Part shown: positions 13,195 to 25,124 of the stretch, piece after piece
Position numbering within the stretch: position 1 is the stretch's first letter
Layout of the letters: every line of letters starts with the position of its first letter
Assembly: GCF_004010195.1 (NCBI RefSeq)
Contig: NC_057719.1
Location: 89,736,959-89,800,958, forward strand
Length of the DNA: 64,000 nt
Source: Chiloscyllium plagiosum
Taxonomy: Eukaryota
Reading direction: 5' to 3'
Position numbers and translations under genes: made by a program
The notes under the pieces: model-generated
The model's database searches: none
What the model was told of the DNA's origin: nothing
The model's input: the letters and a program-made list of their open reading frames with translations, nothing else

Positions 13195-14418
13195 GTCATG
13201 ATTTGGAGGTGCCAGTGTTGGACTGGGCTGTACAAAATTAAAAATCACAACACCAGGCTATAGTCCAACAGGTTTAATTGGAAGCACTAGCTTTCAGAGT
13301 GCTGCTCCTTCATCAGTTGGTTGTGGAGTTTAAGATCATAGGACACAGAATTTATAACAAAGGTTTACAGTGTGATGTAACTGAAATTATATATTGAAAA
13401 AGACCTAGATTGTTTGTTAAGTCTCTCATCTTTTAGAATGGGCATGTTGGTTTCAGCTCTTTCCATGTGTAAACTCCAGAACTTTCTTAAAGTTACATTC
13501 TCAAGTGAACTTTAACAATAGGTGCAGGTGCTCAGTCAATGTTGTCTATCTCATACGCTGCAGGCAAGGATGCCCTGAGGCATGATATATTAGTGAGACT
13601 GAGCAGAGGCTACGGCAAAGGATGATGGGGCACCATACAAAAATCAACTGGGCAAAAGTGAGGACTGCAGATGCTGGAAACCAGAGTTTAGATCAGAGTG
13701 GTGCTGGAAAAGTACAGCAGGTCAGGCAACATACGAGGAGCACTAGCAGGAAAATCGACGTTTCGGGTAAAAGCCCTGACCTGCTCTGCTTTTCCAGCAC
13801 CACTCTGATCTAAACCACACAAAAATCAACAGACAGGAGTGTTCCTTCCCAGTCAGCGAACACTTCAGCGGTCCAGGACATTTGATCTCAGACTTTTGAG
13901 TGACCATCCTCCAAGGGATACAGACATTATCTGGGCCGACATGGTACCAATGTTCAAACTGATTCGTATGTGTGTGGCACGCAGTGGGGTCACCTGTAAT
14001 GTGACATGAACCCAAGGTCTCAGTTGAGGCCATCCCCATGGGCACCAAACTCGGCTATCAGCCTCTGCGCGGCCACTTTGTGTTGTTGCCTGTCCCAGAT
14101 AATGCATTAAAGATGTGAGGTGCCCTGCATTATCTGGGCCGACATGGTACCTATTGTTAAAGTTCACTTGAGAATGTAACTTTAAGAAAGTTTTGGAATT
14201 TACATATGAAAGAACTGAAACCAACATGCCCATTCTAAAAGATGAGAGACTTAAACAATCTAGGTCTTTTTCAATATATAATTTCAGTTACATCACACTG
14301 TAAACTTTTGCTATAAATTCTGTGTCCTACGACCTTATACTCCACAACCACCTGTTGAAGAGCAGTGCTCTGAAAGCTAGTGCTTCCAAATAAACCTGTT
14401 TGACTATAACCTGGTGTA
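13195..14418. mobile_element. PLE family B copy with inverted pLTR and GIY-YIG remnant, carrying a nested family A palindrome (13649-13813)
   Basis: NVVYLIRCRQGCPEA.YI.ETEQRLRQRM at ~13540-13625; 13195-13525 is inverted relative to 14140-14418; nested insert has TSD accaYacaaaaatcaac (13632-13648/13814-13830). Confidence 0.8.
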
Positions 14419-14664
14419 ATATAAGAAGTGATTGAAGTGAGTTCTAAAGTTATAAGGAATTCATACTTCCTAATTGCCATTGTTAAAAGACAAAATGCTT
14501 GTAATAAACAGATATCTTCTTGTTGAGTACAGAAATGTGGTGTATGTTTTCTTTAAACCTGCATTCATTAGTCAGGTAAAATAAGGACTTTGTATAGTTT
14601 GACTAAATATTTTCACATGCCTGACAATTCTGGAAATAGTGAGGTTTGATTTCTAGACAATGAA

Positions 14665-15275
14665 AGGTGTGGATACAGTGACCAGTGTAATAGAGTGGAT
14701 ACAATGCCCAGTACTATGTACAGTGTACAGTATTGTGGAATGGAGTGGATTCAGGGACTAATGCTGAGGAGTGGGTATAGAGATCAGTGCTTTGCATTGT
14801 GTACTCTATCAAGTGCTTGGAGTTTGCAGTTCTGTTCTGTGAATACCATGTCCAGTGTAATACAATATAAACAGTGGCCAAGCGCCATGCATTGGATATG
14901 GTGCCCGGTGTTGATGTATGGATACAGTGCATCATGCTGTGTTGTGGTTACAATGCCCAATACTGTAGTATGTGTATAATGTGCAGGACTGTGGAGTAGA
15001 TACTGTGGTAAGTGCTGTGGACTTAGTATAGTGGATGTAGGTTTGCTTGCTGAGCTGGAAGGTTTATTTTCAGACGTTTCATCACCATACTAGCTAACAT
15101 CTTCAGTGGGCCTCCAGATGAAGCTTCAGCTAGCAAACCTATATCCAGAAACTCAACCTGAACTACAAATCTTCTCAAAATTTGCTAACTCAGTATAGTA
15201 TCAAATGTTGTGGAATAGGCAGTGTCCAGTGTATTAGACTAAATACAATTGACAGTGTTTTGAACAAGGTATGGT
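14665..15275. repeat. Decayed ~25-bp minisatellite related to 18240-18925
   Basis: Recurrent gtggatacagtg.ccagt units. Confidence 0.65.
15033..15187. mobile_element. Short PLE family C-like palindrome with hammerhead-like core
   Basis: Minus CUGAAGA...GAAACGUC at ~15070-15108; TSD actYagtatagt (15021-15032/15188-15199). Confidence 0.7.
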
Positions 15276-15292
15276 GAAGAAGGCAGCATGCT

Positions 15293-18225
15293 GTGGCATG
15301 GAGAGCGTATGTCTGCCTCTTTGTAAGATTCACAGAACAGACCCTCATCCAAAGCTACACCATCCTTCATGTCTTCCTCCGCTACATTGATGACTGTATC
15401 AGTGCTGCCTCGTGCTCCTGTCAGGAGCTTGAGCAGTTCATCAATTTTGCCAACACCTTAAGTTCACCTGGATCATTTCTGGCACGTCCCTCCTCTTCCT
15501 GGACCTCCCTGTCCTAATCTCCAGATTCACCATGATATCCATTTCAAAACCACTGACTCCCACAGCTACCTCGATTACACCTCCTCTCACCACCCCTCCC
15601 CCTGCAAAAATGCGATCCCATGTTCCCAATTTCTCCAATTCTGCTCCCAGGATAAGGTGTTCTACTCCAGAATTCCTCAGATATCCTTCTACTTAGGGAC
15701 TGCAGTTTCCCCTCCTCAGTAGTTAAGTTATAGATTCATAGAGATGTACCGCACAGAAATAGACCCTTCGGTCCAACTTGTTCATGCCGACCAGGTATCC
15801 CAACATAATCTAGTCCCATTTGCCAGCACATGGCCCATATCCCTCTAAACGCTTCCTTTCAATATACCCATCCGGATGTCTTTTAAATGCTGCAATTGTA
15901 CCAGTTTCCATTACTTCCTCTGGCAGCTCATTCCATACACGCACAACCCTCTGCATGAGAAAGTTGCCCATTCTGTCCCTTTCATATCTTTCTCCTCTCA
16001 CCCTAAACCTATGCTCTTTAGTTCTGGACTCCTCCACCCCAGGGAAAAGACTTTCTCTATTTATCCTATCCATGTCCCTCATGATTTTATAAATCTCTGT
16101 CAGCCCTCAGCCTCCGACACTCCAGGGAAAACAGCCTCAGTCTATTCAGCAACTCCCAATAGCTCAAATCCTCCAACCCTGGTAACATCCTTGTAAATCT
16201 TTTCTGAACCCTTTGAAGTTTCACAATATCCTTCCAATAGGAAGGAGACCAGTACTGCACACAGTATTCCAAAAGTGGCCTAACCAACATCCTGTACAGT
16301 TGCAACATGAATTCCCAACCCCTTTGCTCAATATTCTGACCAACAAAGAAAAGTATACCAAATGCCTTCTTCAGCATCCTATCTCCCTGCACCTCAAATT
16401 TATCTAAATTAAACTCCATCTGCCACCCCTCAACCCATTGGCCCATTTGTTCAAGATCCCATTGTACTCTGAGGTAACCTTCTTCGCTGTCCACTACACC
16501 TCCAATTTTGGTGTCTTCTGCAAATTTATTAACTATACCTCCTATGTTCACATTCAAATCATTTATGTAAATGACAAAAAGTAGTGGACCCAGCATTAAT
16601 CCTTGTGGCACTCCACTCGTCAATGGCCTTCAGTCTGAAAAGCAACCCTCCACCACCACCCTCTGTCTTCTACCTTCGAGCCAGTTCTGTATCCAAATGG
16701 CTAGTTTTCACTGTATTCCATGAGATCTAACCTTGCTAAACAGTCTCCCATGGGGAACCTTGTTGAACGCCTTACTTAAGTTTATATAGATTATATCCAC
16801 TGCTCTGCCCTCATCAGTCCTCTTCTTCCAAAACATCAAATTTGTGAGACATGATTTCCCATGCACAAAGCCGTGCAGACTATCCCTAACCAGTCCTTGC
16901 CTTTCCAAGTAAATGTAAATCCTGTCCCTCAGGATCTCCTCTAAAAACTTGACCACCACCGATGTCAGGCTCACTCGTCTATAGTTCCCTGGTTTTTCCT
17001 TACCACCTTTCTTAAATAGTGGTACCAACCTTCAGTCTTCTGGCACCTCACCTGTGACTATTGATGATAGAAATATCTCAGCAAGGAGCCCAGAAATCAC
17101 TTCCCTAGCTTCAAACAGAGTTCTAGAGTACACCTGATCAGGTCATAGAGTTATAGAGTCTGGGAATTTATCCACTTTTATGCATTTCAAGACATCCAGC
17201 ACATTCTCCTTTGTAATATGGACATTTTTCAAGATGTCACAATCTATTTCCCCACATTCTATATCTTCTGCCCTCAAGCACCTTCCCCCCAAAAACAATA
17301 AGGATAGAATACCCTTAATCCTCATATATTACCCCACCAACCTCCGAATACAATGCATCATCCTCCAATATTTCCACTACCTAGAATCAGACCCCACCGC
17401 CAAAAACTTACTTCCTTCCCCACCACTATCTGCTTTCTGCAGAGACTGTTGTCTCTGTGATTCCCTTGCCAACTCTACACACCCCACCAAATTCTCCACC
17501 ACACTTGGTACGTTTCCCTGCCATCACAAGAGATGCAAGATCTGCCCTGATGCTTCCCCTTTCACTTCCATTCAAGGTTCCAAAAAGGTCCTTCCACAAT
17601 AGGCAAAGGTTCATCTACATTTGCATCTGTTGCTTCTGATGTGGTCTTTTCTATATTGGGGAGACTAAACACAGACTGGGGGACCATTTCGCGGGGCATT
17701 TGTGCTCTATATGCATCAACCCCTTGTGGTTGCTATCCATTTTAATTCCCCTTCCCTCTCCCCCAGCAATATGTCCATCCTTGACCTCCTCCACTGTCAG
17801 AGTGAGGCCAAACGTAAACTGGAGGAATATTATCTGATATTCTAGTGGGGAACATACAGCCAAATGGCTTCAATATTGACTTCACCAGCTTCAAACAGCT
17901 CCACCCCCCCCCTTATCCCATGCCCAGCCACCCTCCCTGACCTGACCTAATCTGTCCATTGTCCTACCAACCTATCTGCTCCATCCATTGTGACCAATCA
18001 CAATAACCCCCTACATGCATTGACCTATCACCATCCCACTTACCCCTCCCTCAACCACATCCCCCTCCGTCTATTTATTTCTGGACCTCCCCACCCTCCC
18101 CAGTCCTGACGAAAGGTTTCAACCCAAAACATTGACTTTCCTGCTCCTTGGATGCTGTTTGACATGCTGTGCTTTTCCAGCTTCTCATCTATTGACCTTG
18201 GCTTCTGCAGTCCTTACTGTCTCCG
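15293..18225 (+). mobile_element. Degenerate PLE (RT, GIY-YIG, pLTR) split by a CR1 insertion
   Basis: LRYIDDC at ~15378; CGLFYIGETKHRLGDHF at ~17641; degenerate hammerhead at 18102-18137 (agtc-ctgacga...aaaacatt-gact). Confidence 0.8.
15728..17268 (-). mobile_element. CR1/HER1-like LINE, ORF2 3' half
   Basis: PGNYRRVSLTS, SGVPQGLMLGPLLF, FAEDTK, RPLLEYCVQYWSP; 3' UTR shared with other copies. Confidence 0.92.
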
Positions 18226-18239
18226 AGCATGTAGTTATG

Positions 18240-18925
18240 TTCTGTGGATAAAGTGCCCAGTACAGTAGAGTGGGTACAGTACTCAGTGCTATACAGTAAA
18301 CACAGTGTCCAGTGGGTACAGTGTCTACCTGTGAGCAGAGGATACAGTTTCCAGTGTTGGGTAGTGGACGCTGTCCAGTGTTGTACAATGGGTACAGTGT
18401 CTACCTGTGAGCAAATGATACAGTTTCCAGTGTTGGGCAGTGGACAGGTTTCACTGTTCTCCAGTGGGTAAAGTGTCTACCTGCAAGCAGAGCATACAAT
18501 TTCCAGTGTACAGAGCTGTATAGTGAATGTAATGTTCAATGTCAGGCAGCAGCCAGCCACAGTGTCCAGTGTTTTACAGTGGGTACAGTGTCTACCTGTG
18601 AGCAAAGGATACAGTGTCCTGTGTTCTCCAGTGGGTACCGTGTCCACCTGCAAGCATAGGATACAGATCCAGTGCATACAGGACAGAGCTGTAGAGTGAA
18701 CGTAATGTTTAATGTCGGGCAGCAGCCACAGTGTCCAGTGTTCTACAGTGGGTACAGTATCTACCTGCTAGCAGAGGATGCAGTTTCCAGTGTTGAGCAG
18801 TGGATACAGTGTACAGAGCTGTATAGCGAACGTAATGTCCAGAGTTGGGCAGCAGCCACAGTGTCCAGTGATATACAGTGGGTACAGTGAGTCCAGGTGG
18901 TACAGTGCCCAGTGTTGGTCAACAG
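18240..18925. repeat. Minisatellite with higher-order structure abutting the promoter
   Basis: gggtacagtgtctacctg-like at 18313, 18390, 18466, 18581, 18633 and 18750; cagagctgta..gcagcagcc block three times. Confidence 0.85.
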
Positions 18926-18929
18926 GCCC

Positions 18930-19510
18930 ACCATTGGTCAGTGGGCACAGCGACAATGGACAGGGGGCGGAGCTGCGGTGGACAGTGACCAATGAGCGCG
19001 GTGGCCCCGCCTGCCCCCGTGCGGCGCTGTGCTTTGATTGGCAGCCGCCCTGACTGTAGGAGCCCGCAACCGGCTGCTCACTTCTATTGGAGCAAGATGG
19101 CGGCGGTGCTCCCGTCTCCGAGCCCCGGTACCGGGCACGGTACGAGAACCAGCCCGCTGAAAGCGTGAGTCCAGCCAGGGAGACACGGAGTTTGGGGGAA
19201 GGCTACTGGCCTTGGCCAGAATACCACGGCACCCGGATCGGCCCGGCTGATCATCGCCAGCTCCGGCCAGCGGTGGCGGAGTGGGGCGGGTAGCCAGCAG
19301 CTCCCTGACAGCTTCAGTGTTAGAGCTGAGGCTGCACTGGCTCAGGAGCTGCCGCCAAGGGAACGGAGCGGGGTCGGGGTCGGGGTCGGGGTCGGGGTGG
19401 GATGGGGTGCGGTGGGGGGGTTATTTGCTGAAGGTTGTGCTCAGCTGGAAGGGCACGGGGTGACTGGGGAGATGGACAGAGGTGGGTGCGGCGTCTGGCC
19501 GGAAAGCTGC
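18930..19510 (+). promoter_or_regulatory. CpG-island, TATA-less promoter of the DPF gene
   Basis: Most CpG-rich segment of the window. GC boxes at 18964-18973 and 19003-19011; CCAAT/ATTGG at 18933, 18989, 19037 and 19086; YY1-type AAGATGGCGGC at 19094-19104 overlapping the start codon. Confidence 0.85.
19097..19164 (+). CDS. DPF3: Coding exon 1 of a d4-family zinc finger gene (DPF3-like): MAAVLPSPSPGTGHGTRTSPLK-A(split)
   Basis: ATG lies in caagATGGCGGC within a CpG island and the exon ends at GC|gtgagt (canonical donor, phase 2). It joins exon 2 (ag|A CTA GGA) to give ...PLKA-LGEQFY, matching the DPF3 N-terminus MATVIHNPLKALGDQFY. Paralogue assignment is tentative. Confidence 0.8.
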
Positions 19511-19865
19511 TGCACCTTGCCCACCTGACTGGGCTCTGGAGGGAACGAGTGTTGTTCACCATCTGCAGAGAAATATTTGTTACCCATTTGCTGCTGTTTA
19601 CTGCTTGCATCCTCAAGGAGTGAAATGAATTACTATTTCATTGCAGTTCATGCTTGCTCGTGAACGCCTGCTTTTTTATATATATACATATATATTTTGA
19701 TCTGGAATACTGATGCGGGATCTCTACTATTTTCCCCATTGTTAAACTGTGTTTACTGTTTTTCCAAAGTGATTTTTTAAAAAAAATGGACTTATCCCGT
19801 TTACTTATGAACTTGGAGGTCAGCTTTTCAACCTCTGCATTCACCATTTGTGGAAGGTCATTATA

Positions 19866-20055
19866 AGGGTCAATTAACTCAGTTGGCTGGTTTGTGATTA
19901 ACACTAACAGTGTGGGTTTAATTCCTGCACTAGTTGAGATGAAGGACATGCTCCTCAATCTCTCCCCTCGCCTGACGTGTAGTGACTAAGGTTAAACCAT
20001 CACCAGTCTGGTCTCTCTAACGAGAGCAGTTCTGTGTCTGGTAGGACGATAGCAA
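19866..20055 (+). mobile_element. Different, older tRNA-headed SINE remnant
   Basis: taactcagttgg (A box) and gggtttaattcc (B box); body unlike HE1. Confidence 0.5.
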
Positions 20056-20999
20056 GTTTGCCCTGACCTTTTTAAGGTCATTGTTATCTTTGGGTATTTT
20101 AATTCTGTATTCAAGGGTTCCAAAATTGCCTTTCAAGAGGGCTTTCTGCTCCAGATGCAAAGGGAGCATCAGGTTAAATGGCATGCATTATATTGCTTGC
20201 TAAAGGTTGAATGAATGGCAGCTGTACCTAGTCACACTATTACTGTCCTGCTTCTTGATATTTTATGGTGATCATTTATTTCTGTAGGAAGCAACCAGTG
20301 ATTTCTTTTAAACTGCACATGATTGAATGTTGTAGTTTATTCTTGGATGTAATTGTGTATTTTTATTGTTGGTGAAATGGTCCATTGAATATTGGCAATC
20401 CCCTACAGTGCAGTAGTGAGCCCTGAGATGTTTAATGTTGCTGTTTATTTATTATTGGTTACTTGTTCATTGCTTTAGCAATATACTTATTTTCCTAATC
20501 CCCCATTTCATCCTCCTCCTAGGCTGTTGACGACTTTTCTGAGCTTCTAACCATGTATCGGTGCTATCACTGTAATTGCTCCTGCAGGGATAAGTGCTGT
20601 CAAGGTGTGCTCTCATACAGATCACCTATTTCAACCTTGTAAATGTTGCACCTCTCTGCTCTGGGGTAAGCTCTGCTCCGCTCCTGCTTGAAAGCCTCAT
20701 CCAGGTTTTTGACCTGCCCAAACTTGAACAACCTTTAACAATCTGATCTGCTCTTGTAACCATAGTGATTGAGTGGAAACTGAATTACACCAGTGTTCCC
20801 TAGAATGTTAGTGGTGAGTGAGTGGCTGAGTGACAGACAGACAGACAAGAGAAGATGGACAGATCTCTTTTAAAAGTGCCCTCTTCTGCAAGAAGGACAA
20901 ATTCAAAACCGATTGGAGACATCCGAGCTCAAAGCACTAGCATCTGTTGAATTACGTCATGGCTTACATCGAGGATCTAGTTTTTTTTAAAGAGCATTC

Positions 21000-21240
21000 C
21001 ACATTCCACCAGACCTACACTTTCCCTATAACCCTGCATTTCTCGTGGCTCACCCACTTAGCCTGCACATTATGGGCAATTTAGCATGACCAATCCACCT
21101 AACCTGCACATCTTTGGGAAGAAACTTATGCAGATGCAGGGAGGATGTGCACGTGCCACTCAGACAGTGATCCAACGCTGGAATTGAACCCAGGTCCATA
21201 GTGCTGTAAGGGAGCAGTGCTAACCACTGAGCCACCTTAC
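21000..21240 (-). mobile_element. HE1-like SINE
   Basis: Reverse complement of the same head and body. Confidence 0.8.
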
Positions 21241-21599
21241 TGCTCCCATGTTGCTGATATGTGATGTCTGTAATTGTTAGAACGCATAAGGTCTGAAGTA
21301 TGCTGGACAGAGTTTTGACTTGTTCAGTTGGTAATGAACGTCCATCTAGCACTAAAGCAGTAGTCTAGAGGAAAAATATGTATGTATGAACCCTAAAGTA
21401 ACCTGATCAAAGAAAAGTTTTAAGTACAGCTCATTGCCCATCTGGAAAATTTTCATACATTCTACTCCACATTAGAACAATAGGATCAAATGAAGTCAGT
21501 TGGATTGGACTCCTGTGTCCAGAACACTGTTTGATTATTGTCATCAACACAGCTAGTTCAGTGAAAATGATGCAGAAATATGTGACCACCTGGAATAAA

Positions 21600-23470
21600 C
21601 ATAGAACAGTACAGGCCCTTCAGCCCTCAGTGTTGTGCTGACCTTTTATTCTACTCTAAGATCTAACTAACCAACTAATAGCTTTCATTTTACTATCATC
21701 CATGTGCCTATCCAAGTGTCACTTAAATGTCCTTCATGGATCTGACTCTACTGCCGGTGCTGGTAGTGCATTCCACGCACCCACCACTCACTGTGTAAAG
21801 AACCTACCTCTGACATTTCCCCTAAACCTTCAATCACCTTTAAAATTATGCCCCCTTGTGATAGCCATTTCTGCCATGGGAAAAAGTCTCTAGCTATCCA
21901 CTCTATCTGTGCCTCTCATTATCTTGTACACCTCTTATCAAGTGACCTCTCATCCTTTTTTGCTAGAACAAACAACATAGAAAACTTGCAGCCCAGGGAC
22001 AGGCCCTCCGAGCCTGAGCCGATCCAAATATACTGTCTAAACCTGTCAGTCAGCTCCTAAGTATCTGTATCCCTCTGCTCCCCACCTACTCTTCCATCTG
22101 TCCAGGTGAATCTTAAATGAATCTACCGTGCCTGCCCCTACCACCTCTGTTGGCAACGTGTTCCAGACACCCACCACACACTGTATAAAGTACTTGCCAC
22201 GTGTATCCCCCTTAAACTTTTCACCTCTCACCTTGAAAGCCTGACCTCTAGTTATTGAATCCTTCACCCTGGGGAAAAAGCTTATCTCTATCTACCCTGT
22301 CATGATTTTGTAAACCTCAATCAGGTCCCCCCCCATTTCCTTTTTTCTAATGAAAACAAACCTAATCTAGGGTAGGTCTAATTGCAGGGAATGTAGGTAG
22401 CGGCGCATGGCTGCAAGCGTGGAGCGGAGGATCCGGAGAGAGGTCTGTTGCTGGAGGCTTCGGATTTGTTGTAGGTACTGGTTGTCCTTGTTGGGTCCAA
22501 GTTTTGTTGGTCAGAACGTAGTCCAGAGTCCGTGCGGGATAAGTCTGTTCCGTAGGCAGGTGCTGAGGAAGGAGGTATGGCTGTGGTAGCGAGTCTGTTT
22601 GAGAATGTGGCTGAAGAGCTTCTGTGCAGAGGAGATGACCTGGGGGGTGCAGTGAGAGAGGGACTCACTGAAATCTTTGTAGAGGGAGGAAGAGAGCTTC
22701 TTCAAGGTAGGCATCCTTGTAAGAGGATTCGCAGTAGGTTGAAATCTTTGAGGAGAAAGTGAGGTCTGCAGATGCTGGAGATCAGAGCTGAAAATGTGTT
22801 GCTGGAAAAGCGCAGCAGGTCAGGCAGCATCCAGGGAACAGGAGAATCGACGTTTCGGGCATAAGCCCTTCTTCAGGAATCAGAAATGGGGGGGTACCTG
22901 ATTGAGATTTACAAAATCATGACAGGGTAGATAGAGATAAGCTTTTTCCCCAGGGTGAAGGATTCAATAACTAGAGGTCAGGCTTTCAAGGTGAGGTGAA
23001 AAGTTTAAGGGGGATACACGTGGCAAGTACTTTATACAGTGTGTGGTGGGTGTCTGGAACCCGTTGCCAACAGAGGTGGTAGAAGGGCTTATGCCCGAAA
23101 CGTCGATTCTCCTGCTCCCTGGATGCTGCCTGACCTGCTGCGCTTTTCCAGCAACACATCTTCAGCTCTGATCTCCAGCATCTGCAGCCCTCACTTTCTC
23201 CACAAACCTAATCTACTCAACCTCTCTTCTATAGCAGGCAACATCCTCGTAAACCTTCTTTGCACCCTCTGTAAAGCGTCCACATCCTTTTGGTTATGTG
23301 ATGACCAGAACTGTACACAGTATTCTAAATGTGGCTGAACCAATGTCTTGCTCCAATGAGAAAAGCCCTAGCTCCCTCAACCTTACTTCATAAGACATGC
23401 CCTGCTGTCCAGGCTGCATCCTGGTAAATCTCCTCTGTACCTTTTCTAAAGCTTTCACATTCTCCTTATA
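21600..23470 (-). mobile_element. Nested CR1 3' fragments with a complex PLE insertion (22370-23201)
   Basis: CR1 C-terminal motifs; PLE 5' ORF (MPTLKKLSSSLYKDF...FLSTCLRNRLIPHG) on the minus strand; 14-bp TSD acaaacctaatcta. Confidence 0.8.
22845..22880 (-). ncRNA. Minimal hammerhead ribozyme motif (PLE family A)
   Basis: RNA reads AUUC-CUGAAGA-A-GGGC-UUAU-GCCC-GAAA-CG-UC-GAUU. Confidence 0.8.
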
Positions 23471-23764
23471 ATGAAACCAAGCAATCTTTATTGACTGGTA
23501 GAACAGCCCTGCTGGCATGTTATTTCAATAGCTCAAACTGAAATTCAAAGGCATATACAAGACGCAAATGATAAGTTGTGGATAGAGCAAGCCCAAGGTT
23601 TACAAAAGTATGCTGTCCACTGTGACATTTAAACATACTATTTTTCTGAAGTCACTAAGGCCATCTGTCATCTGAAGTCAAATGGACAAAATCCTCCTTC
23701 ACTCATTGGACAGCGTCAATCACAAAAAAAAACATTTTTCTTCCTTTTTGTTAAAACTCAAATA

Positions 23765-24560
23765 TAGAACACAACAATTCAGCACAGGAATGTGCCCTTC
23801 GGCCCATGACGTTGTGTCAAACGTAATGTAGAATTAAACTGATCTCTTCTGTCTGCCCCGGTCCATATTCCTTGCATATTTGTGATTATCTAAAAGTATC
23901 TTAAATGATTCTATTGTACCTGCCTCTATCATTACCCCTGGCAGCATGTTTCAGAGTCCTATCACTTTCAGTGTGTTTAAAAAAAAATTGCCTATAGCAT
24001 CTTCTTTTAACTTTCTTCCTCTCACCTTAAATGCATGCCCTCTAGTTTTAGACATTTTAACTCTGGGGGGAAAAGATTCTGACTGTCAACCCTATCAATA
24101 CATCTCATAATTTTATCAACTTCTATCAAGTCCCCGGAGAAAGTGGGGTCTGCAGATGCTGGAGATCAGAGCTGAAAATGTGTTGCGCAGCAGGTCAGGC
24201 AGCATCCAGGGAACAGGAGAATCGACGTTTCGGGCATAAGCCCCAAAGAAGGGCTTATGCCCGAAACGTCGATTCTCCTGTTCCCTGGATGCTGCCTGAC
24301 CTGCTGCGCTTTTCCAGCAACACATTTTCAGCTCTATCAAGTCCCCCCTTGGCCTCTGCCCCTCCAAAGAAAACAGCCCAAGTTTCTCTAGCCTCTCCAT
24401 ACAGCTCATACCCTCTTATTCAGGCAGCATCTAGTAAACCTTTTCAGACCCTCTCCAAAGCCTCCACATTCTTCTTGTAATGTGGCAACCAGAATTTAAC
24501 GCAATACTCTAAATCTGGTCTAACCTAAGTCGTTTAAAGTGCAATGTGACTTTTGGACTG
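23765..24560 (-). mobile_element. CR1 3' fragment with family A palindrome (24136-24332)
   Basis: ERLEKLGLFSLE..RGDLIE; TSD tctatcaagtcccc (24122-24135/24333-24346). Confidence 0.85.
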
Positions 24561-25124
24561 AATGTGTCCCTTTTTTTGTAGTCATCACATGTAAGCTGTT
24601 AGACATTCTGAATTGGCCAAAGAAAAGCCTCGAATGGTCAAACAAAGAAGGGAGCCCCTCTGATCTTAGCAGTAATCAAAATAAAAGATGTAAAATACTC
24701 ATCTACAGAGTTAAACCAAATGTGTTTGAACTATGTTGTCATTCACTAGAATTCCAGCATCTCCCGTGTTTGACACAAAGGACTGGAAAGTGTTCTGGGT
24801 ATAGCCGTGAGACTTATTCCGCCTGAAGTCAGGAAAGTCTGTTTGTGTTTGTCTAGGTAAGACTGATGTTTTGACCAATGAAGTGTGGTTTGATTTTTTT
24901 TTCTGGTTGCTGAATGATTCATCAAGCTACTTCAGAAAGCAGTTGAAAGTTGCCCCATAGTGCTGGACTAAACCGAATAGGGAATGAAGACTGTCATCCA
25001 TGGTTTCCTGATAGTGTTTCTGGCTATTTATACAATACTTGTTCAGTTAGCTCTAAGTTCCCTGTTGTGAAGGTAAATGTGAACTCTACCTTGATCAGTT
25101 GGATCATGATAAAAGAATGACTAG

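Noticed and set aside
19087..19293. ORF-track ORFs over the CpG island
   Set aside because: Non-ATG or wrong-frame calls; the supported reading is ATG 19097 spliced at 19164.
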